Shown in pieces: positions 39,857 through 53,385 of a stretch of 64,000 bases of DNA. Made by a program: the position numbers and the translations under genes. Source of the stretch: Octopus sinensis (Eukaryota); NCBI RefSeq assembly GCF_006345805.1, contig NC_043003.1, forward strand, positions 4,154,001 through 4,218,000, given 5' to 3'. Numbering within the stretch: position 1 is the first letter of the stretch; the number at the start of each line of letters is the position of its first letter. A model generated the notes under the pieces. It did no database searches. It was not told the origin of the DNA and was given only the letters and a program-made list of their open reading frames with translations.

Positions 39857-41082
39857 TATATATATGTTTATGTGTGTGTCTGTCTCTGTGTTTGACTCAT
39901 CCCCGCCCATCGCTTGACAACCTATGCTGGTGTGTTTACATCCCTGTAACATAGTGGTTCGGCATATAGAATAAGCACCAGGCTTGCAAAGAATAAGTCC
40001 TAGGATCGATTTCTTCGACTAAAAGGCGATGCTCCAGGATGGCCACAGTCATGTGACACAGGCAAATAAAAGACTAGTGTTGAGCAATGAGACTGTTAAT
40101 CATGCTGATAACTTTGCTACTGAGGTGCTCCATGTTTTCTATGCGTCCCAATCTTTGCCCCGTTCCAGACGGGAACCGAGGTTTTTAAACAGTCAGCAGG
40201 TAAACAGAGTTGAAATATTTTCCGGCTCTGAAGAGATCTAGTATCTGGGACATGTATGTGCTCTAGATTTCGAAGCGGTCGAGCAGCTGGTCTGTGTGGT
40301 GAGTCTTGTATCTGGAGATATCTAATATGTGACCCGTGGTGCGTAGTGCTTTTTTTTTTTTTTTGTTAAACAATGTTATTATGATAAGATCGAGAGATGA
40401 GATCGGTATTGAGTGCAAAGGCACACGGAGTGGCATCGAGAACTTTGTGTTGTCCAAAATGAGAGACGATCACGTATAAGATTCCTTTTCGTGACTTACG
40501 TTAAAAAGGCTAATGAAATCAATATATGAGGTCTCATTCCTTCCTCCTCAACACCCCCCTCTCTCTATCTCTCTCTGTACACATATACATACACTTGATA
40601 TCCTACTATCTTAAGCATCAATACATGAACAGTCTAAAGATTTGCAGTCCAGGATAAAACTGCTGGACGCTATAAAAAAGAAATTTAAACTTTCAGTTTA
40701 CCTTAGAACTATTTAATCTCGGAACCTATGAAGTTCTTTCCATCATAGAATGAGCAGTTTTGCAGTCCACACCCTAATTACTCTTCTCTCTTTAACCCCT
40801 CTGTCACACACACACACACACACACACGTTTATCTTTGTCGATCAATCTTGTGCAACAATAGCCACCGTGACTGCTTTTCATTGATATTCCACCTACTGC
40901 AGAGCTATACGGTTGTAGGTAGGTACATATATGTAATACTGAATGGATATGTATGCATGTGTCTATCTATATCAATCTAGTTGATTAAAAAAAACGGAGA
41001 AAAAAGATAAGAATAAAACAACAACGCGAGGACGTAGCAATGCAAAGTATTAATAAGACGCTCAGAGAAGGAAAAGAGTGGG

Positions 41083-41119
41083 TGTTTTACGTTTCGTGCA
41101 AAGCTCTTCTTCAGGAACA
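41083..41119 (-). ncRNA. Ultra-minimal Penelope-type hammerhead (two stem mismatches)
   Basis: Minus strand TGTTC-CTGAAGA-A-GAGC-TTT-GCAC-GAAA-CG-TA-AAACA. Confidence 0.55.
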
Positions 41120-41279
41120 GGAAACATAAGATATATATATATATTATATAGTCTATGTGTGTGAACATAAGTATCTCATATGAAATTTCAATCGCAGTTA
41201 AGAGACATACGTTTCTAAACCTGGCACAAAAGTCACAAATTTTGGGATAAGAGGTAGTTAAAATTCTTGACACCAATAG

Positions 41280-42040
41280 TATATATATACATACATATAC
41301 ACACACATATATATATATATATACATACACATATCTATACATATATATGTATATACATATATACATATATATATACACATATCTATACACATATATACAT
41401 ATATATGTATATACATATACACATATATATATACATATATCTATACATATATATGTATATACATATACACATATATATATATATACATATACACATATAT
41501 ATATACATATATATACACATATATATGTATATACATATACACATATATATATACATATATACACATATATATATATACATATACACATATATATATACAT
41601 ATATATACACATATATATGTATATACATATACACATATATATATACATATATATACATACATATATATGTATATACATATACACATATATATATACATAT
41701 ATATACATACATATATATGTATATACATATACACATACATATATACATATATATACACATATATATGTATATACATATACACATACATATATACATATAT
41801 ATACACATATATATATATATACATATATATGTATATACATATTATACACATATATATATACATATATATACATACATATATATATGTATATACATATACA
41901 ACATATATATATACATATATATACATACATATATATGTATTACATAATACACATATATATATACATACATACATACATATATATATACATAATATATACA
42001 TATATATATACATAATATATACATATATATACATACATAT

Positions 42041-42088
<48 letters not shown>

Positions 42089-42100
42089 CATACATACACA
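41280..42100. repeat. (TA)/(TACA) compound microsatellite
   Basis: Directly visible. Confidence 0.95.
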
Positions 42101-42102
42101 TA

Positions 42103-43510
42103 TTGCAGAGGCCCTGAAGAGCTTTGGTTTTCATGGAACCATAATTCAAATTGAGAGGAAAAAGAATGAGCGAATGAACTCATATACCTTAATACAACCA
42201 CACTTGGACTTAGGGAAAATAGTTAAAGTGGGGGTGAAGGTAAAAAAGGGTGAGAAAGAAATGGGAGCTACTGACTCCATAGAATTGGAGAAGGGTGAGG
42301 ATAAAGTTGAAAGAGGGGAACAAAACGAAGGAGACACCAACACCCTGGACAGCTGTGAGCGCAAGAAGAATGCCAAAGTTCACCAAGAGAAACCAAAGGT
42401 GAAGGTATGCAGGGAGGAGAAAAAAACAGCAGCAGGCCAAACCAGGAGAAACAAACGAAAACAAAGGCAGCAGCGGGTCAGCGGGCTGAGAATGGATGTG
42501 GACCCAAAGTGAACGAAATTGAACCTACAAAGGTAATAGTTCTGGTAAAAAGGAAACCAAACCAGTCTGCCAGTTCTATGAAAAAGGTACCTATTTCTTT
42601 ACTACCCACAAGGGGCTAAACACAGAGAGGACAAACAAAGACAGACAAACGGATTAAGTCGATTATATCGACTCCAGTGCGTAACTGGTACTTATTTAAT
42701 CGACCTCGGCGGAATTTGAACTCAGAACGTAGCGGCAGGCACTCTGGTGGTACACATTAGACAAATAAAACTAGTGACCTGTACCATGTATCGCCCACCT
42801 TATGCTCCAAATCTTGGGGATTCATTTGAAGAGATCTTCCAAGAAATGAAAGAAGTATTAACCAATCTGGATGGCAGCCTGCACATGTTTTAGGGGATAT
42901 TAGCCTCCCTTACGTTAAAAGGCCTGAGGCTCACCTTCTCTCAGTTATGTCACTGCACGGCCTGAGACATGCAGAATCTCTGCTTCACCTCACTAATATG
43001 CTCTTTATGGAGCAAATAGTGCTCCACCCAACAAGGAGAAGTATGTCCTAGACCTCTGTTTCACAAACAACACGGCGCTCATCCATAATGTTGGGGGGAC
43101 ACCGACGATTTTCTCGGACCATAACTTAATAGAGCTAACAACGTATGGCCGGCAGAAAACTACAGACATGAAGGCTACTAGAAGCACTCAACACCTTTCC
43201 AGCCTAAACTTTCACAAAACTGATTGGAAGGATATCGAGAAATAAGTCCTGGAACGCAACTGGTCCGCCAGTCTCTCTACAGAAGACACTGACATAAAGC
43301 CATAACACTTTATGACGATCATGCATGACATCTGCTGTAAGTTTGCTCCAGAGAGAATGCCAAGCCGCCAGGAGAAAAATATAATACCCGGGGATAGGAG
43401 GATTCTAATGAGACGACGAGCAAACGTCTCAAACCATCTAAATGGGCCCCTAAAGGATAACAAACGATCCTACCTGAAAGAAGCATTGCTCGAGATCGTA
43501 AACGAACTCC
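42103..43510 (+). mobile_element. Old degenerate relative of the 59652 LINE (ORF1 remnant plus APE region), interrupted by SINE B (42590-42740, -)
   Basis: VCQFYEKGT versus VCRFYLKGA; TLVVHIRQ..MYRPP; LDLCFTNN..TPTIFSDHN; LSSLNFHK.DW; IPGDRRILMRRR all align with the young copy. Confidence 0.85.
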
Positions 43511-44716
43511 ACACACACCTATACACATCTACACACACACACACATACCTATGCACATGTACACACACAAACACCTATGCACATCTACACACAGACACCT
43601 ATGCACATCTACATACACACACACCTATACACATCTACACACACACACACCTATACACATCTACACACACACATACACCTATACACATGTACACACACAC
43701 ACATACCTATACACATCAATACACACACATCTACACACATACACCTACCCATCTACATCTACATTCACATACATATTTATGTAACCCACCACTGTTTGAC
43801 ATCCTGTGTTGGTGTGTTTACGTCCCCGTTACCCAGCGGTTCGGCAAAGAGAAACCAAGAAGATAAGTTCCGGGCTTCAAAACCGTAAGTTCTCGAGTCC
43901 ATCATTCAATTAAAAAGTCTTCAAGATTGTGCCGCAGGATGGCCATAGTCTAATGACTGAAACAAGTAAACGATAAAAGATAATCATGCAGTGGGATCGA
44001 CCCTGTGACCTCAGGACCGGGTAGTCTACTTCTTAACCACTCGGCCATGCCTGTCACTTAAATACATAAGCAAACCAAACACACGCATTCGAGCTCAGAA
44101 CGTTGTACATAATTACAGTCACGGGTGGTTGCACAGTTGAGTGCCCTATTTAGCAGCGCACAGGCATGGTTCAATACCCGTCTGTGTGTGTGTATGTGTT
44201 GGCCTCTGTATTAGCTCGATGAATAAGATAGTACAAAGTTTCCTCATGGTTCATTACCGACATTAGTAGACAGTGAGGGATCAACCCATATCTTTTGGTT
44301 GCCAGAAGACTTATTAAAAACTTCCCGCCACCACACCCCCACAAGTTTCATTATATTGTCATTAATTCAGTCATACGTATAGGTTTTTTGAAATGTCTTC
44401 TATTCTTTCCTATCTACCTACCTACCTCTCTACCTGCCTTTTTATCTACCTGCTTCGGCTCATTGACATGAAGTCATTCATCAGCGCCCTCTCACGTCGT
44501 CACTTTCTACTTTTTTCACTGCTACTACGGCGGTCTTTTCTCTCGTTCGACTTGGTTAGTCACTTGTTACCTTCACTCAGGTACTCCTCATTCATTTCTC
44601 CTCCGTCTTCGGTGTTAGTTTATCCACTCTAAGGCCCCGCACCAACCACTGCTCTTATTTCTTCTTCCCCTTTTCACAGAATGCCAACCCTCTGGAAGTC
44701 CCCCGCTTTTCATGTA

Positions 44717-46673
44717 CAGGCATACCTCACCCAACGTCGTTAATTGGTTCCTGGAGACACGACTTAGGTCGAATTAGCTTGTCTGTAGGTTAGGCTCAGC
44801 CAATTTACTTGTCTCTAGGGTAAACTAATAATAACCATTCCCAGTTCTGTACTTTATTTATGAATGCATTTTCAGTAAAACATGGTTAATAAAAAACTAT
44901 TTTAAGCTTACAAGCAAATAATGTTTATTTTTTAATACAGTACAGTAAAAAGAGAAAGCAAGCTAAATTTACGAATACAATTCGGCGGTGTTTACTGTAC
45001 ATCGCGGACGCTTTGTTTATGAAGGCAAGTTGCAATTAGTCATAGTAAAATAAAAGCCTTTTTTAAACTTAAAAAACAAATTCAGTAATTATTATTAATT
45101 TGCAGTAGTAAAAAAAACTAAATTATTTTAAATTTACCAATACATACATACAATTTGGTGGTTTACACCGCGGATCTAGATGGCTGTGGATCGTCGATAG
45201 CAACAACTGATTTTGGCTGTTCTTGTTCGATGCACTTAAAAAACCGGTTAAGAGTTCCTTGGACTGTCTTCTTTTCCTCAAGGATTACGTTATAAGGAAC
45301 AAAAGCTTCGTGACAAGCCCCCGCATTCTTGGAAAAGCGTTGAGCATTTGGATCCATATCCTCGAACATAGAAAGACCTTTTTCGATTACATGCAAATGC
45401 TTGACGTGGCTCAGGTTCGACTTCCTTTTCTTCTTTATTTTGTTAGTCAGAGGCTGCTTCTCTTTTTACAAATAAATCTGTGAATTCCTCCTCCTCTTCC
45501 AAATCCATTTCCAGTTCTTTGCTCGTAGTCACCAACGTTTTGTTGATGGCAACATTATCAAACCCCTTAAAATCATTCACGAATTGCGGGCATAGCTTCT
45601 TCCATACACCATTCATAGCCGTGCTTTGTACATCATCCCATGGCGCAGCTATGTTCTGCACAGCCTTGTAGATATCGTATCTCTTCCAAAAGTCACGAAG
45701 TGTGATGGACTCATCAAGATCAGTGGCAGCGAACGCTTCATATGGTAACGCTTGAAGGTGGCAAGTGTTCCCTGATCCATTGGCTGCAGAAGAGACGTGG
45801 TGTTCAGAGAGAGGTATACGACGGTAAAATTTGGAGTCAAAATCTACGATGTTTTGTGGGTGACCAAGAACATTATCTAAGATAAGTAAAGCCTTAAAAG
45901 GATTCCTCTTCTCCTTACAGTACTTCTCTGCTGCTGGGATAAAATGATTGAAGAACCAATCTTCAAAAACAACAACAGTAACCCATGCTTGGATTTGGCC
46001 TCTTTTCTTATTGATGACAGTTTTCTTCATCTTTGGGGTTTCAGATTTGATATGTGCTAAAATCTTGACATTATTACGTATAACCGTCGATACAGTTGTG
46101 CGACTCATCCCAAGAGATCGTGCAATTGCTACCAGTTTTTCACCTTTTTTCATGGCGTTTTATCATAGCCGGTTTATCTTCCAGCGTTATAGCATGACGC
46201 TTAGCACTTTCATTATGAATTTTCTTAGGAGCCATGGGGGCAAAAAATAAAGTCGTAAATGAATGTGAAAGTAGCTGATAAACAGACGTAAACAAATCTG
46301 TATTCAAAACAATTGCGGAATCACAAGTGACAACGACGCATAACGGTTGATATTAGAACTCTACAGTGCAATTTATCGATCCAAAAGATCGATAAATAAG
46401 GTAACACAGCTGGTTTCATAATTTCGTTCACTACTTTATGGTGTGTATCTTAACGTTTACCTCCCCCTTTATCAAAACGAGTTTATTCTTATTTATTGTA
46501 CAGTAACATGATTTTATGGGCTTTTAACGGTTTTCTAGTGATTTTACGATTCCATTATTTGCGGCGATAGACATACAGTCGATTAAAATGACTTAATTTG
46601 ATTTTTATTTTTCCATACATTATTTTCGAAAACCGACGTATAATCGAAAACGACTTAAATCGAGGTATGACTG
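44717..46673 (-). mobile_element. Tigger (pogo) DNA transposon, internally deleted
   Basis: TA-flanked imperfect TIRs CAG.CATACCTC......GTCG. Confidence 0.85.
45163..46235 (-). pseudogene. Tigger transposase pseudogene
   Basis: MAPKK..AITLE.K HTH, AWVT..FEDWF..FIP, LLILDNVLGHP, NTTSLLQPMDQG..TFK, WKKLCP, DMDPNAQR. The CENP-B HTH region is deleted and there are frameshifts. Confidence 0.85.
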
Positions 46674-46734
46674 TATTCCCTGCAGCGGGAAACATTCAAC
46701 CGTTCATGAGGAACATCTTTGATCTCATCCGTCT

Positions 46735-46995
46735 TTCTGTTATAGGTACAAGACCCCTCCACACCAAAACTTTAGGCCTTGAACCTATAGTAGAAAAGCT
46801 TATAGGTACGAGGCCTGAAATTAGAATGAGGAGCTAATCGATTACATCGACCTCAGTGCTCTAGTGGTATTTATTTTATCGATCTTTAAAGGATGAACGG
46901 TGAAGTCAACCTCGGCGGAATTTTAACTCAGAGTATAAAGAGCCGGGAGAAATGCCGCGAAGTATTTTGTCCGACGCTAAGGATTCTGTCAGCGT
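46735..46995 (-). mobile_element. Diverged SINE family B
   Basis: Body and tail match on the minus strand. Confidence 0.7.
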
Positions 46996-47009
46996 TAGTG
47001 CTTCTAACT

Positions 47010-48582
47010 TAATATTGTGATAAAAGTTGTGAATTATATAAAATCAAATTCTTTACGAGACGACATCTATTCATGAATTCTGCATTCAAAACGAACAAAA
47101 CTTTGAACGCCTTGTAATTCTCACGAAGGGGAGATGGTTATCAAAAATGTAACTGTTCATGTCGTTGCACTTTGGGACGCTATTCCTGTCTCGTTTCTGC
47201 CTAACGACAATCTCAGCCAGCAAATAGTTGCAGTTAAATGTGATATATTTTATTTATCCAATATATTCGATAAAATTAATTTGTTTGATAAACAGCTTGA
47301 AGGCGAAGACTCTGATCTCATATCCTCTTTTCTATGGAAAGTACAGCTCTAGAAAATGAATATTGTACGCCGGGAATTTTCATAATTTCCTAGTTTGGAA
47401 TCAGCGGTAATCTGCACGACGATGGCTTTGTATTGTATGCTGAACATTTGATAAACCTGCATGATGACATGCAACATCGGTTTAACGACCTACTAAAGTT
47501 AAATACACCACATTGGGGACACTTCCTTTCGAAGTTAATGTTGCTGATTGTTTGTTTGTTGAGCGAAGCGGTCTCGTCCAAGAGCTTGCAAGATCGCGCC
47601 TCAGGATTGTCTGTAGTGGGAGAAGTCCGAAACGTGGTCCTTTGCTATTCGTAAGACCCGCAGAAGAGAAAGCAGGTCAACCCCCGACACCGAGAGCATC
47701 GACGGATGGCTGAATGCGCATCCGGAGCTCAACGGTTGCGTAGGAAGTCGGGGACAAGAAACAGGAAGAAAGAGTGAGAGAAAGTTGGAGCGAAAGAGTA
47801 CAACAGGGGTCGCCACCACCCCTGCCGGAGCCTCGTGGAGCTTTAGGTGTTTTCGCTCAATAAACACACACACCGCCCGGTCTGGGAATTGAAACCGCGA
47901 TCCTCCGACCGCGAGTCCGCTGCCCTCACCACTGGGCCATTGCGCTTCCATTTAATGTTGCTGATGTTGATTATCTGTGTGCGGCAGAATTTCAATGAGT
48001 TACAGAGTGGTGAAATATTTCAGGCAAGATTTCAAGCATAATGTATGAAAAAGTAATGACATTGCTACAAAGTATCCCCTACTCTGGGGGAACAGCGCAG
48101 TTGTACGTTACTGCGTTTCCTTCATCTTACCTTGTCGAATCCGGTTTCAGCCATGTCACTAACTTTCTGTCAGCTCGTAATCGACTTGATATTGTACATA
48201 GAGGTGACCTTTGAATGTCGTTGACAGAGCTGGAGCCGAATATTGTAAAACTAACTGGGCTGGGTCAACCGCAAGGTTTGCATTAAACAAACTTGCACTT
48301 AGGTACTATCTTCTCTCAATAGTAATGTCCTTGTATATTTATGACTCATTTTCCTGGTGAGCTTTCTTTTCCGCAGTGTTTAGGTAGTTAAATGTTAAGC
48401 ACAATGAACAGATTATACGTTTATAGCACTCAAAAAGATTAACAGTGTTTATATAATTCCTAATAGCATTTAATTATGAAAATACAATGGGAGTTTTCAA
48501 ACATCGAATGACAATGAGGGCCCACCCGGGTAAAATAGGGATCAAGGGGTTCACAAGTAAAAAGTGTTTGATTATCCCTGGT
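47010..48582 (+). mobile_element. hAT (Buster/Charlie-like) transposase 3' remnant
   Basis: KVVNYIKSNSL, RWLSK, CDIFYLSNIFDK.N, HLINLHDDMQHRFNDL, FPSSYLVESGFS.V, RNRLDI..RGDL, EPNI; TIR-like GTTTGATTATCCCTG end. Confidence 0.8.
47549..47951 (-). mobile_element. SINE family C (body I, tail alpha) with 14-bp TSD
   Basis: TTAATGTTGCTGAT is duplicated at 47535-47548 and 47952-47965; (CAAA)n tail. Confidence 0.9.
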
Positions 48583-50857
48583 CTAAAGTGTTTAGATTAG
48601 AATGACAATTATGATCAACAGAGCTGGTTTACATATTACGTTAGACTTAAATATATATAAACATGGCCCTTGTAAAATCTAAATGAAAATTTGTATTCAC
48701 TAATAAGTTCTATAATCTGTAATAATTTAGTGAAAAACATTTGCCATTGTATTTGTACTTTTTCATCTGACGAAGACATGTTTGGCCATTCCTCTTGTAT
48801 TCCTTGTATTCTTGTATTCCTTGTAACACCGAAAGAGAATGGATTCCACATGCTATTCCTACCGCATCGTAACATTTCGTAAAGCATGAAAAAAGAAAAA
48901 ACCCACCAGAAAAACTACGTTTGTGTAATATCACTAACATCTAATTCTTTCTGCATCCTGAATGTGACCTCTGAAAACCGGAAGCATTTTTAAAATCCAG
49001 TGAAGGAGTACAAAATTTTAGCGAAACTCCCTTAAATTTAACCACAGCTGTCTTAGCACCAATAAGATTATATCTTCTTGTATCTACGGAAAAAAGTTGT
49101 TTCACAAGCCTTCGTCGTGCAACCAAACCTACTGGAGGTTACCCCTGTATCAATTCATGCCCCCGTTGACAGTAAATACCTCAGCAAAAAAGAGTTGGTA
49201 TATTGTGTTAAGGTGTTGGCGAAACAGATCGTTATTGTAAGCGAATCTATCGATCTATCCCAGTTAGAATAGATATTGAAATTAGACACAGCACATTTGG
49301 AGAACGAACGGGTAATGATAGAAATTTCAAAACCAACATATCTATACTCACTGTTTGTATATATATATATATATATATATACATACATACATATATACAC
49401 ATACATATATACACATACATATATACATACATACATACATATACATACATACATACATACATATATACATACATATATACATACATACATATACATACAT
49501 ACATATATACATACATATATATACATACATACACACACACACACACATACACACACACACACATACATACATATACACACACACAATGCAAGTGTGTATG
49601 TTTTGGGCAAAATACCCATAAGGTGCATGTAAGAGCTATGTTGTCACGTGGTTGCCACATGTTGTTATACTCCAGGATATTTCCAGGTATGGGTATAGAT
49701 GCAAAACTCCTTTCTGTGTAGGATCAATATTATAATAATAATATAACACACTCGTGTTATATTATTGTTACACACACATAAACACACACACACACACACG
49801 AAGGACCTCTTTCAGTTTCAGCCGACCAAATCGACCCACAAGGCTTGTCTTGGAGCAATAGTAGAAAACACTTAGGGAAGGTGCAGTACAGAGGAACTGA
49901 ACCCACGACCACATAGTTGAAAAGCAAGCTTCTTACCACACAGCCACGTCTGCGCCCGTAGGATATGCATAGTGTTAACTACTTGTATTTGAACTGACAG
50001 TGTATCTGTTGTGTGAGATACGATTATCTCATAAAATGTGATAAAGCGAAATAAGGGGTGGAGCATTTCTTGTATGTCATTAAAAGTGTGTTTATATTAG
50101 TGAGTTGGTCTGTGGCCGGTGTTGGAGAGTACATTTTTTCGCGGCTAGTCTGCTGGAAAGAGCTTTGTGACGCAGCAAATTTAACTTAACGCTGTCTATA
50201 GTCGTCAGCTTTTGAAAGTGTTGTCTTTATGTTGGTGTGTATGAACGTGGGTGTAGAAAGGCTAAAGAAAACTATTCATTGGTGAAAATAAAAAACTAAA
50301 AAAAAACTGAACGATTATAAAATATTAATAGTAGTTAGGATAATAAAAATAATAATAATAGAAGCGTTACAAAGAAGTTCTTTAGTTAAAGTTTTATAAG
50401 AAAAAAAATGCATTGTGATATATTTCTCTTGTTACGCATCCCTTCATGCATATTAATATATTCAAACACTATCATTTTACACACATACCTATCTATCTAT
50501 CTATCTATCTTTCTATCTATCTATCAACCTACCTACCTACCTACCTACCTATCCATACAAATATGTATGTATGTATGTGTAGATAGGAAACTGAGCGAAA
50601 CTTCGAAGCCACTATAAGTAATATTTTTAAGAATAACCATCTTGCATTCTACAGAAGTATAGATTAGTCCATCAGATTAATCTAAAATTGTTTTTATTGT
50701 AACTGAAGAACGAACGAACGAACACACACACACACAGAGACAGAGGAAAGTTCTGTCGGTTTTTTTTGACGGATAATTATAAGACATGATTACACCAGTC
50801 TAGCTTCTAAATATTAGTAGCTATCTAAATCCCCAAAATATTATTTCTTCTTTCAGA

Positions 50858-51896
50858 TGACCCAAACGTAGATTCCAAGTAAAGAGCACATACGACATGT
50901 TTTACTGTTTGAATTCCAGAAGCGAAACACTGCAAGTTCGGTAGCAAGACCACACAAAGTCGGAAATGATGTGGTGAATGAAAGGAGAAGATGCAGAACA
51001 AGGTTTTTCACATTTCAAAACGGGTGACTTCTGTCAAAAAGATGGAGCAAGAAGAGAACGCCCCAAAAGACTCGATTCTGAGGGATTGCAAACTACTGTT
51101 GATGAAAATCCAACCATTACAAGTAGGGAACTGAACAAGGTGTTTAATGTGAGTCACACGGCCATCTATTGTGAAATGATAAGGCTTGGTAAAGTCTGCA
51201 AGGCTGGAAGGTGGGTCCCAGATGATCGGTCAGAAGACAATCGCAAACGACGTGTGGATTGCTGTGTCTCATTGCATTCTCGTCAACTTCAAACACCTTT
51301 TTTTTTAGACGGAATCACTACTGGAGATGAGAAGTGAATTCTCTACAATAATGTTAAGCACAAAAAACGGTGGCTCAGCTGTAATTCAAGGCCGATCCAA
51401 CAGCCTCAAAATGGTCGGCATCCAAAGAAGACTCTTTTGAGTGTATGGTGGCACAGGAGGGGGAATTGTTTATTATGAGCTGTTGGATGACAATCTAACG
51501 ATAACAGCTGAATCTTACTTCCAGCAGCAAAGACGTTTAAAAGCAGTTTTGCAAGAAAAACGATCTTCGTTGGTAAACAGAAAAAGAGTGATCCTTCAAC
51601 ATGATGATGCCACACCCCACACTGCAAGAGTGACTAAGAATCTTCTAGAACAATTTGGCTGGGAAATTAGACTTCCCCCACCATATTCTCCTGACCTTGC
51701 TCCAATAGATTGCCATCTTTTTAGAAGCTTACAGAATCATTTTGCAGAATTTCGGCTTACTTCAAAAGAAGCTGAAATAAGTTTGTTCCTTTTTTCGAAT
51801 CAAAACCAAATGAATTTTATGAAAAGGGTATCAAAAAGCTTAGGGAAAAATGGAATGATATTATTGAAAAGAATGGTGACTATGTTGATGATTAAT
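50858..51896 (+). pseudogene. Mariner (DD34D) transposase pseudogene
   Basis: KEHIRHVLLFEF, WVPDDRS, ITTGDEK*ILYNN, LQHDDATPHTA, PPYSPDLAPIDCHLF, with stops and frameshifts. Confidence 0.9.
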
Positions 51897-52854
51897 TCAT
51901 AGATCCATAATCTGCGAGTTAAAAGGCCCTTAAATCACTCACTTTTCCCTCTGAAAATATCAATTGAAAAAAAAAATAGCGAAAATTCTCTTCCCATGAT
52001 TTTGAAGTGCAAAAATAAGTTGACCAAAATAGGTCTGGAGTGGGATGATGAGAGAGGGAGTTGCAAAGGAAAAAAGCGGTTTCAAAATTTGTTTCATACA
52101 AAGATGCTCCTCACCACAAACCCCATCATTTCGAAGGCTGTGGCTTAAAAAAATGGGCAAAATCCCCGAAAAAATTTTCCCCCAAATTTCTTTATAATCG
52201 TAATCTATGCCGTTTGAAATGGTTTTGATTAAATTTTCATTAAAAAGATACCCATCTTCCTGAAAGTTATGAGGGGAAAAAAGTCAGATTGTATGAATTT
52301 TCCGAAACTCCTCTCTCCAGCCCCTCGGAAAAATTCTTCCCCATGAATCCCTATATACTATGACGCTACAACATCTATGCGGATAGGCGTCTGGACGGAA
52401 TTCTCTTATCGCATTGATGTTGCCTGAGCTGCAGGTAGTGACCACATTGAACATTTGTAAGGCAGGAAATAAAAGTTGATGTGAGTCGATACTTGTGACT
52501 TAGCTGGAGTTTTCTATTGCTTTTCCTTATTAAAATATTGCGTAATGAAATCGGTTCATTCTTTTTGAATAACCTTGTATGTATTAATGTGTGTGTGTGT
52601 GTGTGTAATATTTTATGTATATGTATATATATATGGTGGTATAAATATCAACACAATTTTTTCTCCTTCCTCCTTTTTTTTCCTCCTCTCTTCCCTTCTC
52701 CAAACTCACAGACACCCACACACACACACCTCCACAAAACAATCATAAAAAGAATTCTTCTTCTCTAAACCCAAAAAACCATTTGACCATCCCACATTAA
52801 ACACACACACTCTCTCACAATGATAAAAAGAAATATTTATGGTCTACCTCCCCG

Positions 52855-53063
52855 CCACCACAGATTGTGGTTTCGATTCCAGGACCGGGCGATGCGTTGT
52901 GTTCTTGAGCAAAACACTTCATTTCACGTTGCTCCAGTCCACTCAGCTGGCAAAAATGAGTAACGCTGCGATGGACTGGCGTCTCGTCCAGCTGGAGAAC
53001 ACATATGCCATAGAAACTGGGAAACCGGGCCTATGAGCCTGGCTAGGCTTTAAAAGGGCGCAT
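52855..53063 (+). mobile_element. SINE family C (body II, tail delta)
   Basis: B box GGTTTCGATTCC, body II, then CTGCGATGGACTGGCGTC.CGTCCAG...AGAAACTGGGAAACCGG. Confidence 0.75.
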
Positions 53064-53069
53064 TTTTTG

Positions 53070-53385
53070 GTGGAGGCGCAATGGCCCAGTGGTTAGGGCA
53101 GCGGACTCGCGGTTGTAGGATCGCGGTTTCGATTCCCAGATCGAGCGTTGTGAGTGTTTATTGAGCGAAAACATCCAAAGCTCCACGAGGCTCCGGCAGG
53201 GGCTGGTGGTGATCCCTGCTGTACTCTTTCGCCACAACTTACTCTCGCTCTTTCTTCTGTTGGCCTACTCGCTTAGCCAGCGGGGTGGCGTCATTTGAAG
53301 TCTAAAACAATGCAAAGCGCATTGTGACCAGCGATGTGTAGCAACATCTGATAGCCTAGTCGGTCACGGTGTTCACGGTGATATA
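53070..53385 (+). mobile_element. SINE family C (body I, tail gamma)
   Basis: Head and body as at 19685 and 47549; tail as at 13285-13397. Confidence 0.85.

Noticed and set aside
48700-49330. Possible Tc3-like transposase relic or host exon on the minus strand (SGFQRS, MWNPFSFG, SSDEK)
   Set aside because: Motifs are too degenerate and out of expected order; no splice or ORF support.
51917-52400. Possible Kolobok-like non-autonomous element starting at TTAA
   Set aside because: No matching second terminus found.
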